Assembly (NCBI GenBank): GCA_013265495.1
Contig: MU058037.1
Coordinates: forward strand, 124,001-188,000
DNA from: Vicugna vicugna
Taxonomy: Eukaryota
Reading direction: 5' to 3'
DNA length: 64,000 bases
Under the pieces are notes generated by a model that worked only from the letters and a program-made list of their open reading frames with translations, was not told the DNA's origin and made no database searches. How positions within the stretch are numbered: position 1 is the stretch's first letter; each line of letters begins with the position of its first letter. A program made the translations under genes and the position numbers. Positions 36,746-50,274 of the stretch are shown piece after piece.

Positions 36746-39136
36746 ATCTTGATTCCTCCCAAACTATTCAGTTTGTAGAGAAATTAACAGGGAGCCCGAC
36801 AGTGACCGTGACACTTCTATTTCTCTTTCAGCCTGTATTCTTTCTCTCACTGTCACACACATACCTACGAACACACACATATTACATGTGTACGTTGTTA
36901 CAAGTTGGCTTCCATTTTCTTAGGCCCATGTCTTACTGGATTAAAACACATCTTATAAATAAAGTTCAAAATCTAATTGGTAAGGAGGAGAAAGGACACA
37001 GTTTCCGATATTTCCCTGTCTCTTGTCTTGCCAGAGCTTCCTATGTGATGTGAACTTGTTGGAGAATGGTCCTCATGTTCCTGCACTGGGCACTAATGAT
37101 GACCTCGAAGATTATCTTGGTAGAGGTCAAATGATGAGGGGAGATAGGCTGTCTGGCATTCTCTCTCTAAAGAGAGCTGGCAGCAAGTGATGTTGAGATT
37201 TGGGGCTGAAATTAATAGAGAAACTTGAAGAATCTTGTTCATGCTGCCTGCCCCCCATCCCATGTTAGCTGGTCTTGACATGTTTTCACTGCCCAGACTC
37301 TCTCTCTGTTGCTCTCTTGCCTCTGCGTGGCGTGAATTAAACAAGAATGAAGGTTTGCTCAATAAGACAAGGGACATTACAGAGATCACAAATGACCTCA
37401 GCTGGGGCACTACATCTCCAGCTCCAGGGAAAGGACGACGTGCTTACCTGGTCTGGGCATAGTGTGTTCCAGGGGTTGCGGAACCCCATGCAGTCAGGGC
37501 ATTTCAAAACTGCCCTTGTTTGTTAATGAGGCAAGATGGTTGGGAGGCAGGGCCTGGATCTAGCCCGGGGTGCTGAGGCTTTTGTTTGGGTTCTGCAGTC
37601 TTCACCCCTCCTCAGGGGAAATCCATTGGCCTGTCCTTGCCAGTCTCCCTCTCGTTCCTACTTAGGACTCAACTTGTGCAGCTGTAAAAGGGAGATGAAA
37701 AGGTCTGCGATCAGCCCGCTCCACAGCAGTTTGGGGAAATGAATAAAAAAAAAAATCTCAAATTGACCCATTTCAATGATATATTGCTAGCTTAACACTC
37801 TTCTGAGATGTAGTAGCTTAAAAGAAAGCCACTTATTATTTCTCATGATTTAATGTGAGTATAAAATGAGTTAATGTATGCAGAACCCTGAGCCCAGTGC
37901 CAGGCACCGAGTTGGCACCCCATAAGTAAGTGTTACCCCTTATAATGCAGAGGATGACCTTGCCCATGAGAATGTCCTGAGGCTGTGTGCCATTTCCACA
38001 TTACACAGTGGAGCAGCACAGGAGAACTTTGGGCCTGCTTGGCGCTAGGGCCTCTCCTAAAGTGTGTGGGGCCCCTGCCAAATATTTGGTGTGGGACCTC
38101 TATCTATGTAAGCAATTCAGTGAAAAGTGGATTACAAAAATTCATGGACCCATGTGAGATATAGCAGTTTATTGATGAAGATTGGGGATAGTGGGTAGAG
38201 ATGCAGTATATACATATTTGTTTATTGTCAGATCAATACATGTGAAGATTCTTTCTTATGTCCAGCTATAATCTCTACTTGCTCTGGTGGCTCTGGTGTA
38301 GGTACCCTCTATTAGTGTTTTTTATTGCCAGATGCACCACCATTCCTGGATAATATCACTTTTCCACCCCCTCCTTCCTTCATGGGAAAGAGATAGACTC
38401 AGTATCATGGCTCTTTGGAACCTGTTTATATTGGAACTGCAGAGATCTTACTGCCCTCCAGGTCCCTAGAACCCTTTACTTAAGGCTGACTATTTCATTA
38501 CCTCTGACACTGCATCAGCCATCATACTGCCATAGATACTGGCTTCCAGTGACTCTCTCAGATGTTGTTTACTGTACTTTGTTGATGCTGGACAGACTTA
38601 TTCAAAGTATACAGGAAAGTGTGAATGATAAATCATTTTCTGCTCATGTTAAATTTACCTTTCAGAAGTTTATAGTATAAAGGCACAAAGACAAATTGTT
38701 CAACTGTGTGTTCTCTTGAACTCTTTAGGCCATAATCACTGCGTTCCTAGAGTGATCTCTTTCAGTGTCGATTAGCATCCTGGGTGTCAGTGGTGGGGGT
38801 GGAGAGGGTAAATATGCCTGCTGCTACCCCTGTAAACCAGAGGGGGTGGTTGACATATGTACTCACACATGTGGCTCAAGCTTCTTTCTGCTCTACCTAT
38901 AATTTTCCCTCTCCTCTTGAATAGACTTATTGGCTGGAAAAATGAAGAAGGTTCTTATCAATAAGTTACAGCATTGACCTGGGATGTTACTAAAGTATAG
39001 TGAGGGAGTTGGGGAGGGAGTAGTTCAAGAAACTTAAATGAAAGGGGTATGTGTTTTTCTTATTAGCATTTGACTGTATTAGCTATCTGAGGAGGAAACT
39101 GGTTTATCCAGGGACTCTGGTGGTATAGCTTCTTAG

Positions 39137-40136
39137 AAGTGGTCTCCATTGCTGAGCATGGGGAAAAAAAAATACTAGAACTCCTATTTGTATTTACATT
39201 TGGCGAAAAAAAGTGGGAAAAAAACCAAGAAGAAGCAAATTAAGCTTTTCTAGTATTTAGGGTTGCCAGATAAAATAGAAGATGCTCAGTTAAATTTCAG
39301 TTTCAGATAAACAACAATCCTTTAGTATAAGTATGTCCCAATGGGGTATACTTATATTAAAATAATTGTGTTATTTGTCTGACCAAATTTAACTAGGCAG
39401 TTGATAGTTTTATTTTCAAAATATGGCAACTCTACTAGTATTTAATATCCAGATGGACACAGATATCCACACTCAGCCTATATGTTACTTGGTTACCTCT
39501 CATATATCCTGAAGGAAAAGAGGAGTTGACAGTGGTCCCATGACTCATGTATGTGTTTTCAGGAAGCTGCCACTTACTGAAGCTTATATGTACCTGATTA
39601 AGGGCCTTATGGATATCATTTGTTTTCTAAACATTATTATTATTACAGATATTTAGTTAAAGGTACTAGATTTTTTACAGCAGGTATTACCAAGTTTTAA
39701 AATGACCCTTACTTCTTCCATTTGGATCTATGTATCTCTGTGAGATCTTTCTCCTTCTCTCTTGTTTTTTCACTGCCATAGCTTTAAAATCCAAGTTTCA
39801 AAATAAACTGAATTTAGCACAAGACTTTTGAACTAAGCTAAATTAAAAAATAAAAAAGCATGCTTGACCATATTGCTTTCAAAATTTTCATATTTTCCCA
39901 GTAAGAGCAAAAGTGACTTTTGTACTTTTAATAAATTAAGCAAAATTCAGCACAACTTTAAATAATACTGCATTTTCATTTTTAATGCTTTTAAGATTTT
40001 AATTTTGGGAGCATGTTTTGTAATGTGATAATATATTAGCCTAAGTACTTTATAAATAAAGGTACAGATACTTGGGGGTGTGCAAAAGTATTTTATATGG
40101 GTAGGATGCTTGATCCAAATAGTTTGGAGACCCCTG
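39137..40136. mobile_element. hAT-Charlie-like remnant (~1 kb) hosting MER53
   Basis: Imperfect TIRs aagtggtctccatt ... tttggagacccctg around an AT-rich interior; the 3' end gggggtgtgcaaaag...agtttggagaccc is typical. Confidence 0.55.
39258..39434. mobile_element. MER53 palindromic hAT MITE
   Basis: TIRs tagggttgccagataaaata / atatggcaactcta, palindromic interior, and a perfect 8-bp TSD CTAGTATT (39250-39257 and 39435-39442). Confidence 0.92.
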
Positions 40137-40489
40137 GCTTAAAGTACTGTTTTAGAAAGGGGTGGTGGTGGTGTGGATTTGTCTTAGTGGAAGTACCAAC
40201 TCGCCTTAAGAAAAATTGTTTGTTTTTAAATTGCTATCAATAACACTATTGCGATTGGACAAACTGAAAAGTTTCACCAGATTTATATACTTTGATGCTC
40301 AAAGGAGAAAAATTTGGAAGCCCTTTAATATCTATGTAAAATCTCCAGAAGAGTGGCCATGTTTCCTTGGGAGAGTAACTCAGAACCCTTTGTTGCAAAG
40401 ACCTGGTGGTTTACAAGAAGACTTCATTCCTTAGTTCCTGGATGCCTTGCATTCATAGGGAATTTACCCAGTGCACTGTGCTTTTATAC

Positions 40490-40790
40490 ACATAAGGATA
40501 CAAACTTCTAGTCATAAAATGAATCATAAGATGAGTAAGTTCTGGGGATTTAATGTATAGCATGATGATTATAGTTAACAGTACCGTACTATATACTTGA
40601 AAGTTGCTAAAAGAGTAAATCTTGTATGTTCTCATCCCTCCTCCCCAAAAGGGTAACTATGTGAGGTGATGGAGGTGTTAGGTAACCTTTCTGTGGCAAT
40701 CATTTCAGAATATGTACATGTATCAACTCATCAAATTGCACACCTTAAACTTATACTGTTATATATCTATCTCAATAAAGCTGGGGAAAA
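40490..40790 (+). mobile_element. L1MA9-like 3' end
   Basis: gagtaagttctggggatttaatgtatagcatg...gtaactatgtgaggtgatggaggtgtta...ctcaataaagctggggaaaa. Confidence 0.9.
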
Positions 40791-42019
40791 GAAGTGGGTG
40801 GGGAAGGGCAAATCTCAATAGGGGGTGAAAACCAAGTATGTTTCCAGAAAATCTCTCATGGGAGCATTTGCATTCTGGGCTCCGGGGTTCTTCTGTGGAG
40901 TGGGAGGTTCTGGAGGACACAGCCCAACCTGGCAGCTATAGAAAGAAATGATCCCAGGGACTGTATTCATTGCTCTGGATATCAGTGGCAGGCATCCAGG
41001 AGAGGGTGACATGATTGACTGCAGTGTCCAGAGTGACAGGCATATACTCATCACAGCCAGATCCCCCACCACATGTCAGAGCTGGAGCAGCAATGCCCTC
41101 ACAACTGCAGCAAGAGAGGAGCCTCACAGCACGGGTGGCAGGAAGCTTGGCAGCCTCACGGGATGTCTGCAGATACCTTTCACTTAGGCAGTTTGGCAGT
41201 GCAGTGGTGCATGGAGACAGCATCCTGGGTTTGCTTGGGAAATATTGGCCTTGGAAGCAGACTTCTCAGGTTGGAATCTTGAGACCAAGGCTTAAAACAG
41301 GGTGGGAAGGGCCATCGCATTTCCNNNNNNNNNNNNNNNNNNNNNNNNNNNNNNNNNNNNNNNNNNNNNNNNNNNNNNNNNNNNNNNNNNNNNNNNNNNN
41401 NNNNNNNNNNNNNNNNNNNNNNNNNNNNNNNNNNNNNNNNNNNNNNNNNNNNNNNNNNNNNNNNNNNNNNNNNNNNNNNNNNNNNNNNNNNNNNNNNNNN
41501 NNNNNNNNNNNNTGTTCCCCACCCCACCCCCTAATCCAACAAGATTAAAATAGTATAAAGAGAAAAATGAGATACAGCAGCATTTCATGCAAGAAGGGAT
41601 TTGTTCCCTGTGAGAATCCATTAGTGACCCATGTTTTATCTTATGGACAACTAGGCATAGCAGTTTCTAGCTATGAAACCCTTTTTGTAGTCACTGAGAC
41701 TGTTTACTCTCTGCCCAGACTTCAGCACTTTTATGTAGATAGGACACTGAGAAATAGGAGACAGGGAACAACGAGAAACATTTAACCCACTCTACTCTAC
41801 ACATAGTCTTAGTGCTGACCATGCAAAGGCAGCACATAAAAGGCAAAAGAAATGAGTTTGAAAAGCAACCCTTTGTCTTTCAAGAGCAACTTCTCTTCAG
41901 CTCTATGAGTAATTTCTCTTCTAGCTGATAAAGTTCCAAATCCTCCAGATGAGGGTTTAAAGGTGTCAAATAACAGGAGTCACATGCAAAGAGTTGAAAG
42001 GGAAAGACACTCTTAGATT

Positions 42020-42210
42020 CATGGCTCTGTCCAACAGAATTTTCTTTGATGATGGACATGCTCTAAATCTGCACTGTCCAGTGAGAAAGCCACTGACCAC
42101 CTGAGGCTATTTACATTTTAATAAATTAAAGTTTAATTTAATTTAAAATGTAGTTCCTTGGTTTAAATTAAATGGCCATATGTGGCTAGTGACTACTGGA
42201 TTGGGGAGTG
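42020..42210. mobile_element. MER3/MER33-like hAT MITE
   Basis: gctctgtccaacagaattttctttgatgatggacatgctctaaatctgcactgtcca...aatggccatatgtggctagtgactactggattgg. Confidence 0.85.
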
Positions 42211-42984
42211 TTGTTAGTAATTCAGAAAGAAAGGATGATTTTCATTATTGAAAAATCACCAAATGGCAATTTTATCTTTAATGCTTCACTTTACTATTTT
42301 TTTCTGGTGTCAGCCTTGCTCATCTGGAAGTCACCCCGTGGGTTACCAGAAGCAATGTTTTACTTAACAGTTCTAATAATAGTGTATCTGAGGGGCTCCG
42401 AGCACTCCACAAACATCATCTCATTAATTCCTCCAAACTCCCAGTGGGACAGGTGGAGAGTACAGATAATTATGCTTAATTTTATAAAAGAGGAAAACAA
42501 ACACTAGTCTAAAATGTAAATTATTAGCAGTGAAGGCCCTTCTGGAATCCTACTGTTGTCTTTTTTTGCTTTCTTTGTCATTTATAGCAAGAACTTAGTG
42601 TTTTCTCATGTCAGGAAAAAACATTCCTCAAACATATTAGGATTAAGTGAAAAAAACCACCACATCCAGTTATATATAGAATATTGTTTGATTAGCATTA
42701 GGCTAAAGCAGCTAAATATTTATTTCCTTCTCATTCCCACCGCAAGACTTTGGATTGTACTTTACTTCTGAGTAACCAAGATAATTGGAATATGCTATTT
42801 GACTAGAGTAGCAAATGTTCCTCAACTTTTGTTTGCCTTCCTTCATGACTCTTGCAGGGATATAATATACTTTTATTTTAGAAATATATTTCTTTATGCA
42901 TGGTTTTTGTGAGAGTGACCTGGAAGCATAGAGATACGCTAACCAAAGATTCATAGGAACTGATAAGCTCCATGAACCCTCTTT

Positions 42985-43620
42985 ATTCATACCATGAATA
43001 TTTGTGAAGCCCCTAAAATGAGTCAGTAAGTGTGCCTGGGACTACGTATACAAAGTGAGCAAAACCAGACAAGTTTCCAGCACTTCTGCTTAAGGAGCTG
43101 ACAAATATTAATCAAATAATCAAGATAATATATGTATAACTTCATCTACAGCAGGTGCAATGGAGGAGGGGTTACCTGGGCTTGTAATGGGGAGAGCTGA
43201 TACTGTCAGAGAGACCAGGGATAGTTTGTCTTGAATAGGGGGCCAAGAAGTAGAGGATGAGTAGGGATCAACTAGATGAAAGACAGAATGAAGAGAGCAT
43301 TCTAGTTACAAGGAACAGCATATGCAAAGTCCCTGAGTTAACGTGGAGCATGGTGAGTAGGAGGGACTGAAAGAAGGCTGTTGTTGGGGAAATACACAGA
43401 GAGAAAGTGAGTTGGGTACCTAAGAGAGTTGGAGAGATTGGCAGAAGCTAGACCAGATAGCACCTGCAGACTAGTTTAAGTAGCTATATATTGTGAGCAA
43501 TGGGTGCCATTGAAGGGTTCTTGGTGGGGGCTGCAACTCATGACTGAATTACACTTTCAGAAGATCATATTGGTTTATTGTGGTGAGTAGGGAACAGTTT
43601 GAAAAGTGATCATAACAAGA
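42985..43620 (-). mobile_element. L2 fragment
   Basis: gagcattctagttacaaggaacagcatatgcaaagtccctgag...gggtgccattgaagggtt. Confidence 0.8.
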
Positions 43621-44199
43621 GGTAGTATGGAGCTGATTTAGAATTTTTTTTGCACCTGGATTTATTCTGAGGCTGTTGGGCAGCCTCAGAACTTGCACTT
43701 AACCATATTCTTCATCTATTACATGAAGTCTTTGGCCTAATGGGATGCCCTTACATTTCTGATAGAGCTCATAATAGCAATGGTAGGTGGGGGAGTGAGG
43801 AGGTCCTGGCCTACTGTGTTGCAGTAAAACCTTCTGTGACGGATGATTTTAGCATCTTAGGGTCTTTTCTTTTTCCTTCTTTGTTGCTAGTTTTCTCCAG
43901 AAAAGGTAAATACCATTATTTTCTTTTTCACTTTGATGTCTTGAATCCTTCAACATAGGCTGATTTGAAAGTACAATTTCAAATTCCTGTCCTGCAGGGT
44001 TTTTGTCTTACTGTGTTTCAGACTTTTGAGACCAACTACAAATCTAATACAAGGGTTTCTGGGTTCATGCTTGAAATATGATAATTTCAGGTGATTTATA
44101 TAATAAAAAAGGAAAAATATCCTAAGGTTCTATTGTGCTTTTTTGTTTGTCTATTACAGTACTTGTTCATACTGATTTGCATTACAGTTATTTACACAC

Positions 44200-44520
44200 A
44201 CACACATTATGCTCTTTGTGCAGCCCCACCTGCCTTCCCTTTCATCTCCTACTCATCCTTCAGATTTCATGTTATTATCACTTCTTCAGGGAAGGTTTCT
44301 CTGACCTCTCTAACTAGGACGCTTCCCTATTTTGTATGCTTTTGTGGCACTGTGATCGCTTATACTTACTCCTCTGCTGTTTGACTAGTGTCTGCCTGCT
44401 GGATGGGGAGGTTGCTGGAGTCTTGGATCTTGCCCTTGATTGTACTAACCACTGGGTCCTCTGCACTAGCACAGTGCCCATCATAGAGGAGGCACTTACT
44501 CAGTGTTTGCTAATGAATGA
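44200..44520 (+). mobile_element. L2 3' fragment
   Basis: tcacttcttcagggaaggtttctctgacc...ctagcacagtgcccatcatagaggaggcacttactcagtgtttgctaatgaatga. Confidence 0.8.
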
Positions 44521-45278
44521 CTATACTTACATGAATGTCCTTGAGGTCAGGGAATTTTTACTTCCTCATTGACCTGCCTGTTTCTCCCAACAGTTGAAGA
44601 ATTGATATAAGCTTCCATAAGTCTTGGAAACCAGGCCCCCATCTCACCTTGGTGCATGTTGGCTCTGGCAGCTACTGCAGCCCTAGGTGGCTCCTGTGGC
44701 CCAGGTGGCATTCTTGGTACCAGGCCCCCAGCTTAACCTGGCACCTGCAGATTTCAGTGGCCCCAGGCAGCTCTTGTATTGTAGCCCTGGGTTCCTGATG
44801 GGCTTTTGAAAACTCAGGCTCCTGCACAACCTCTCTGGCTTCCTGAGAACCCAGACTACCAGCTGGGTTCTGGCCCTGGCTGGTTGCCGTGGCCCAGGCA
44901 GCTCGCATGCCACCAGACTCCTGGCATATCCCAGCACTAGCCAGCTCCTGTGGCCCTGGGAAGTTCCCTCAGGTTCTCAATCAGCCCCTGTGAACCTAGG
45001 ATCCAGGTGGGCATCTGTGAACTCAGGTTTCTGTTCAGGCTGAGCACCAGGCCTATTCCATGGACCCAGTCATCAGGCTGGTCCCTTTGTACCCATGTAC
45101 CAGGCCTACCCACCTGCTGACCCAGGCACCAGATCCACCTACCTAAGGACTTTTAGCAGCAAGCCTTCCCACCAAAACGATGAGATGGCCCACCCAGAAG
45201 CTCTGGAAGGCTGACTTGTGAAGGGCTTTGCCTGCCAAGCCAGTTTGTAAAGATTAGAGGAGTTGTTTACGTCCTCAA

Positions 45279-46257
45279 ATGTGCAGACATCAGTGTAAGG
45301 CCATAAGGATCATGAATAATCAAGGAACCATGACACCATCAAAGGGAACTCTAATAAAACTCTAATGATTGATTGTAAAGAAATGGAGAACTATGAGCTG
45401 TCTGACAAAGAATTCAGAATTACCTCTTAAAGAAATTCAGTGAACTACAAGAAGACACAGATAGACAACCAAATGATTGTAGGAAAACAACACATGACCA
45501 AATGAGAAGTTGAACAAAGAAACAGAAAACATTAAACATAACCAAACCGAAATCCAAGAGTTGAAGAAAATAGCAACTGAACTGAAGAATTCAATAGAGA
45601 GATTCACAATCAGACTTGACCAAGCAGGAGAGACAGTTAGTGAACTTGAAGACAGGTCATTTGAAGTCATTCAGCAGATAAGCAAAATGAAAAAAAGTAA
45701 AGGTAGTCTATGTGAATTAAGGGACACTATTAAAAGAAACAATCTATGCATCATTGGAGTCCCAGAAGGAGAAGAGAGGGAGAAAGGAGCAAAAAGCTTA
45801 TTTAATGTAATGGCTGAGAACTTTTTAAATATGGGGAGAGATTTGAACATTCAATTTCATGAAGCTAATAGGTCACCCTAAAATTTCAACCCAAAATGAT
45901 CTTCTCCAAGATACATTATAATAAAACTATCTAAACTCAGACAAATAGAGAATTTTTAAAGAAGCAAGAGACAAAAAAAGAAAAAAACCTCACATATAAG
46001 GGAACCCCTATAAGTTTATCAGTGGATTTCTCAGCAGAACCTTACAGTCCAGGAGAGAAGGGAATGATAAATTCAAAGTGCTGAAAGAAAAAAACTACCA
46101 ATCAAGAATAGTTCATGCTGCAAAGTTGTCTTTCAAGAATGAAGGAGAGATAAAGACTTCCCCAAATAAGCAAAAGCTAAGGGAGTTTATCACCACTAGA
46201 GCTGCCTTACAAGAAATGCTGAAAGGAATTCTTCAAGCTAAAATGAAAGGACACTAA
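45279..46257 (+). pseudogene. Decayed L1 ORF1p (coiled coil, RRM, CTD)
   Basis: ORF-track peptide ...IRLDQAGETVSELEDRSFEVI...LCIIGVPEGEEREKGAKSLF... is L1 ORF1p; stops and frameshifts flank the open segment 45510-45881. Confidence 0.92.
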
Positions 46258-46743
46258 TTAGTAACATGAAAACATTGAAAATATAAAACATGCTGGTAAA
46301 GGTAAGTATATAGTCAAATTCAGAATACTCTAGTAATGTAATATGGTGATATGTTAATCACTTAACTGTAGCATAAATGTTTAATGGACAAAAGAATTCA
46401 AAATAATTTCAGCTACAATAATTTGTTAATGGATATACAATATAAGAAGAGGTAAATTATGACATCAAAAGGATGTAATATGGAGAGTAGTGAAAGGGGT
46501 AGAGTTTTTTTATGCAAGTAAAGTTGTTTTTATCAGTTTAAAACAGAATGTTATATCTAAAAGATTTTTTTTTTGCAAGCTTCATGGTAGCCACAAAGCA
46601 AAACCCCACAGTAGACACATGAAAGATAAAGAGAAGAAAGTCAAAGCATACTAGTATGGAAAATCATCAGTTTACAAAGAAGTCAGCAAAAGAGGAAGAA
46701 AGGAACAAGGAAACTATAAAAGAGCCAGAAAATAACTAATAAG

Positions 46744-48990
46744 ATACCATTAGCAAGTTCTTTTTTTTATTAATAATTACTTTAAATGTAGATGGATAAA
46801 GTTCTCTGATTAAAAGGTATAGAGTGGCTGACTATAACAAAAAACAAGACCCAACTATATTCTGCCTTTGAAAGACTCACTACAGCTTCAAGGACACACA
46901 TAGGCTCACAGTAAAGGGATGGAAAAAGATATTCATGCTAAAAAACAAAATAGAGCAGGGATAACTATACATCACTTTAATAGAATGAAAGATAAAAATC
47001 ATATGATCATCTCAATAGATACAGAAAAAGCATTTGACAAAAGTTAATATTCTTTCANNNNNNNNNNNNNNNNNNNNNNNNNNNNNNNNNNNNNNNNNNN
47101 NNNNNNNNNNNNNNNNNNNNNNNNNNNNNNNNNNNNNNNNNNNNNNNNNNNNNNNNNNNNNNNNNNNNNNNNNNNNNNNNNNNNNNNNNNNNNNNNNNNN
47201 NNNNNNNNNNNNNNNNNNNNNNNNNNNNNNNNNNNNNNNNNNNNNNNNNNNNNNNNNNNNNNNNNNNNNNNNNNNNNNNNNNNNNNNNNNNNNNNNNNNN
47301 NNNNNNNNNNNNNNNNNNNNNNNNNNNNNNNGATCTTATATATATAGCAAGCCCTAAAGACTCCACCAGAAAACCTATGGAATTAATTAAAGAATTCAGG
47401 AAAGCCCTAGGAGACAAAGTTAACATAAAATCAGTTGTTTTTCTATTCGGTAACAATAAACTGTGTGAAAAAGAATTAAAGAAAACAATCCCATTTACGA
47501 TATCATCAAAAATAATAAAACACTTAGGAATAAATTTAACCAAGAATTTAATCAAAAGATCTGTATAGGGAAAGTTACAAGAAATTGATGAAAGAAATTG
47601 AAGAAGACACAAATAAATAGAACAATATCCTGTGTTCATGGATCAAAAAAAATGATGTTGTTATTATGTCCGTACCACTGCAAACCATCTATAGATTCAA
47701 ACAATTCCTATCAGAATTCCAATGACATTTTTCACAGAAATAGAACAAACAACTCTAAAATTTGTATGGAACTGTAAAAGACCCTGAATAGCCAAAGAAA
47801 TCCTGAGAAGGAACAAAAGTGAAGGCACTACACTTCCTAATTTCAAACTTTATTACAAAGCTATAGTAATCAAAACTTTATGGTACCAGTATAAAAACAA
47901 GCACGTAGATCAGTGGAACAGAACAGAGAGGCAGAAACAAACCCACGTATGTACAGCCAACTGTTTTCTGACAAGGGTGCCAAGAGCACACAATGGGGAA
48001 AGGATGGTTTCTTCAGTAAACTATTGAAGTTACTGTGGTGTGGGGAAACTCAATATTCACTTGCAAAATAGTGAAATTGGACCCCTATTTTTACACCACT
48101 CACAAAAATTAACTAGAAGTGGATTGTACCCTTAATGTAAGACCCATATCTATAAAACTACTAGAGGAAAACATAGGGGAAAAGCTCCTTGACATTGGTC
48201 TTGGCAATGATTTTTTGATTATGACACCTCAAGTGCAAGCAATAAATGTAAAAATAAAGTGGGACTACATAAAACTAAAAAATTTTTGCACAGTAAAGGA
48301 AACAATCAGCAAAATGAAAAGTCAGTCTACAGAATGCGAGAAAATAATTTTCAAACCCTCAGTCTGATAAGGANNNNNNNNNNNNNNNNNNNNNNNNNNN
48401 NNNNNNNNNNNNNNNNNNNNNNNNNNNNNNNNNNNNNNNNNNNNNNNNNNNNNNNNNNNNNNNNNNNNNNNNNNNNNNNNNNNNNNNNNNNNNNNNNNNN
48501 NNNNNNNNNNNNNNNNNNNNNNNNNNNNNNNNNNNNNNNNNNNNNNNNNNNNNNNNNNNNNNNNNNNNNNNNNNNNNNNNNNNNNNNNNNNNNNNNNNNN
48601 NNNNNNNNNNNNNNNNNGTGTTGGTAAGGCNNNNNNNNNNNNNNNNNNNNNNNNNNNNNNNNNNNNNNNNNNNNNNNNNNNNNNNNNNNNNNNNNNNNNN
48701 NNNNNNNNNNNNNNNNNNNNNNNNNNNNNNNNNNNNNNNNNNNNNNNNNNNNNNNNNNNNNNNNNNNNNNNNNNNNNNNNNNNNNNNNNNNNNNNNNNNN
48801 NNNNNNNNNNNNNNNNNNNNNNNNNNNNNNNNNNNNNNNNNNNNNNNNNNNNNNNNNNNNNNNNNNNNNNNNNNNNNNNNNNNNNNNNNNNNNNNNNNNN
48901 NNNNNNNNNNNNNNNNNNNNNNNNNNNNNNNNNNNNNNNNNNNNNNNNNNNNNNNNNNNNNNNNNNNNNNNNNNGACCTTTAGGGCATTA
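46744..48990 (+). pseudogene. Decayed L1 ORF2p (endonuclease N-terminus fused to the RT/C-terminal part)
   Basis: IITLNVDG endonuclease start; NHMIISIDTEKAFDK RT segment; ILYI..PKDS after the N-run; IKLLEENIGEKLLDIGLGNDF; many stops. Confidence 0.92.
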
Positions 48991-49589
48991 TGCTAAGTGA
49001 AATAAGACAGACAAAAAAAAAGACAACATTATGTTCTCACCTCTATGTAGAGCCTAAAAAAGCTGAATTCATAAAAATAGAGAGTAGAGTGGTGATTGCC
49101 AGGGACTTGGGAGTTGGGGAAATGGGGAGATAGTGGTCAAAGGGTACAAACTGCAACTTTAAGTTGAATAAGTTTTGGAGATCTAATGTACAGTATATGA
49201 TGATTATAATTAATAACACTGTATCATTTATATTCTTGAAAGTTGTGAAGACAGTAGATCTTAAATGTTATCACCACAGTAAAATGGTAATTATACTGTG
49301 GTGATGGAGGTGCTAACTAACCTTACTGTGGTGAACATTTCACAATATATATGTGTATCAAATCATTGCACAGTATACCTTAAACTACATATGTTATATG
49401 TAAATAACATCTCAATAAAGCTGCAAAAAAGAATTGATTTAAAACCTGTATTATTGATTTCAGCTATCTCACATGTAATTTTCAGCAGAGATGCCAATAT
49501 CCAAGTGGATATAGCTTGCCATTTATTGTAAATATATTATAGTCCGTCTAAAAGGGGAACAAGATACTGAACAACATAAAATATACAGG

Positions 49590-49835
49590 AATATAGTGAA
49601 ATCCTTAAAAGCCTGGATTCTGAAGCTAAACTATTAGGATTCAAATCACAGTTCTGGTGCTTACTAGCTGCATGGTCATGTGCAAGTTATTTAACCTCTC
49701 CGTGCCTTAGTTTCCTTATTTGTAAAATGGAGATAATGATTTCTGCCTCAAATAATGCTATGAGTTGTAAATGAGTACATTTATGCAAATCATTTACAGT
49801 GATGTCTTGCATAAGTGTTAGCTGTTGTTATTATG
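49590..49835 (+). mobile_element. MIR SINE (near full length)
   Basis: ggattcaaatcacagttctggtgcttactagctgcatggtcatgtgcaagttatttaacctctccgtgccttagtttccttatttgtaaaatggagataat. Confidence 0.9.
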
Positions 49836-50274
49836 TGACTGTTATTAGGGAAGAAAAGACTGGCTATGTCATGTTCTTTAGGCCATAGAGCAAAAATGTT
49901 CCAGTTCCTCCATGGCTCCATTTGTTTTTTTTTAAGTTGAAAATGAGGAGCTCTACACTGTTCTCAGTTTATCCCTTTTCTCAATACATTGATTTGATTT
50001 TTTTCAGTTCCCACATTTTAATATCATGCACATGGTAATGGAATTGTATTGTTTTTCCCACCAAAGTTTACTGCAAATGCTTGGAAGTCAGTGATAACTG
50101 AGGATACTGAGATGACACTGATAGTATCAAATTATTTGGGAAGTTTTAAAAAAAGGGTGTGGGTGGGCCCCACGGCTGCTGAATTAGGTTCCCCAGGGGG
50201 AGTGAATGGGTGTGTATGTGTGTTTGGGGGTATGTGGAAACCACTGGGCTAGGGGCAACAGGTCTATGTATGTG

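Larger units (their letters stand above)
44611..49428 (+). mobile_element. L1MA9-like LINE-1, ~4.8 kb: partial 5' UTR, ORF1, internally deleted ORF2, 3' UTR
   Basis: Flanked by the TSD AAGAATTGATATAA (44597-44610) / AAGAATTGATTTAA (49429-49442), 13/14 identical. ORF1 and ORF2 peptides are recognisable; the element ends aataaagctgcaaaaaa. Confidence 0.93.

Noticed and set aside
45510-45881. 123-aa coiled-coil ORF as a host or domesticated gene
   Set aside because: It is a fragment of L1 ORF1p, bounded by frameshifts and stops inside a decayed element.
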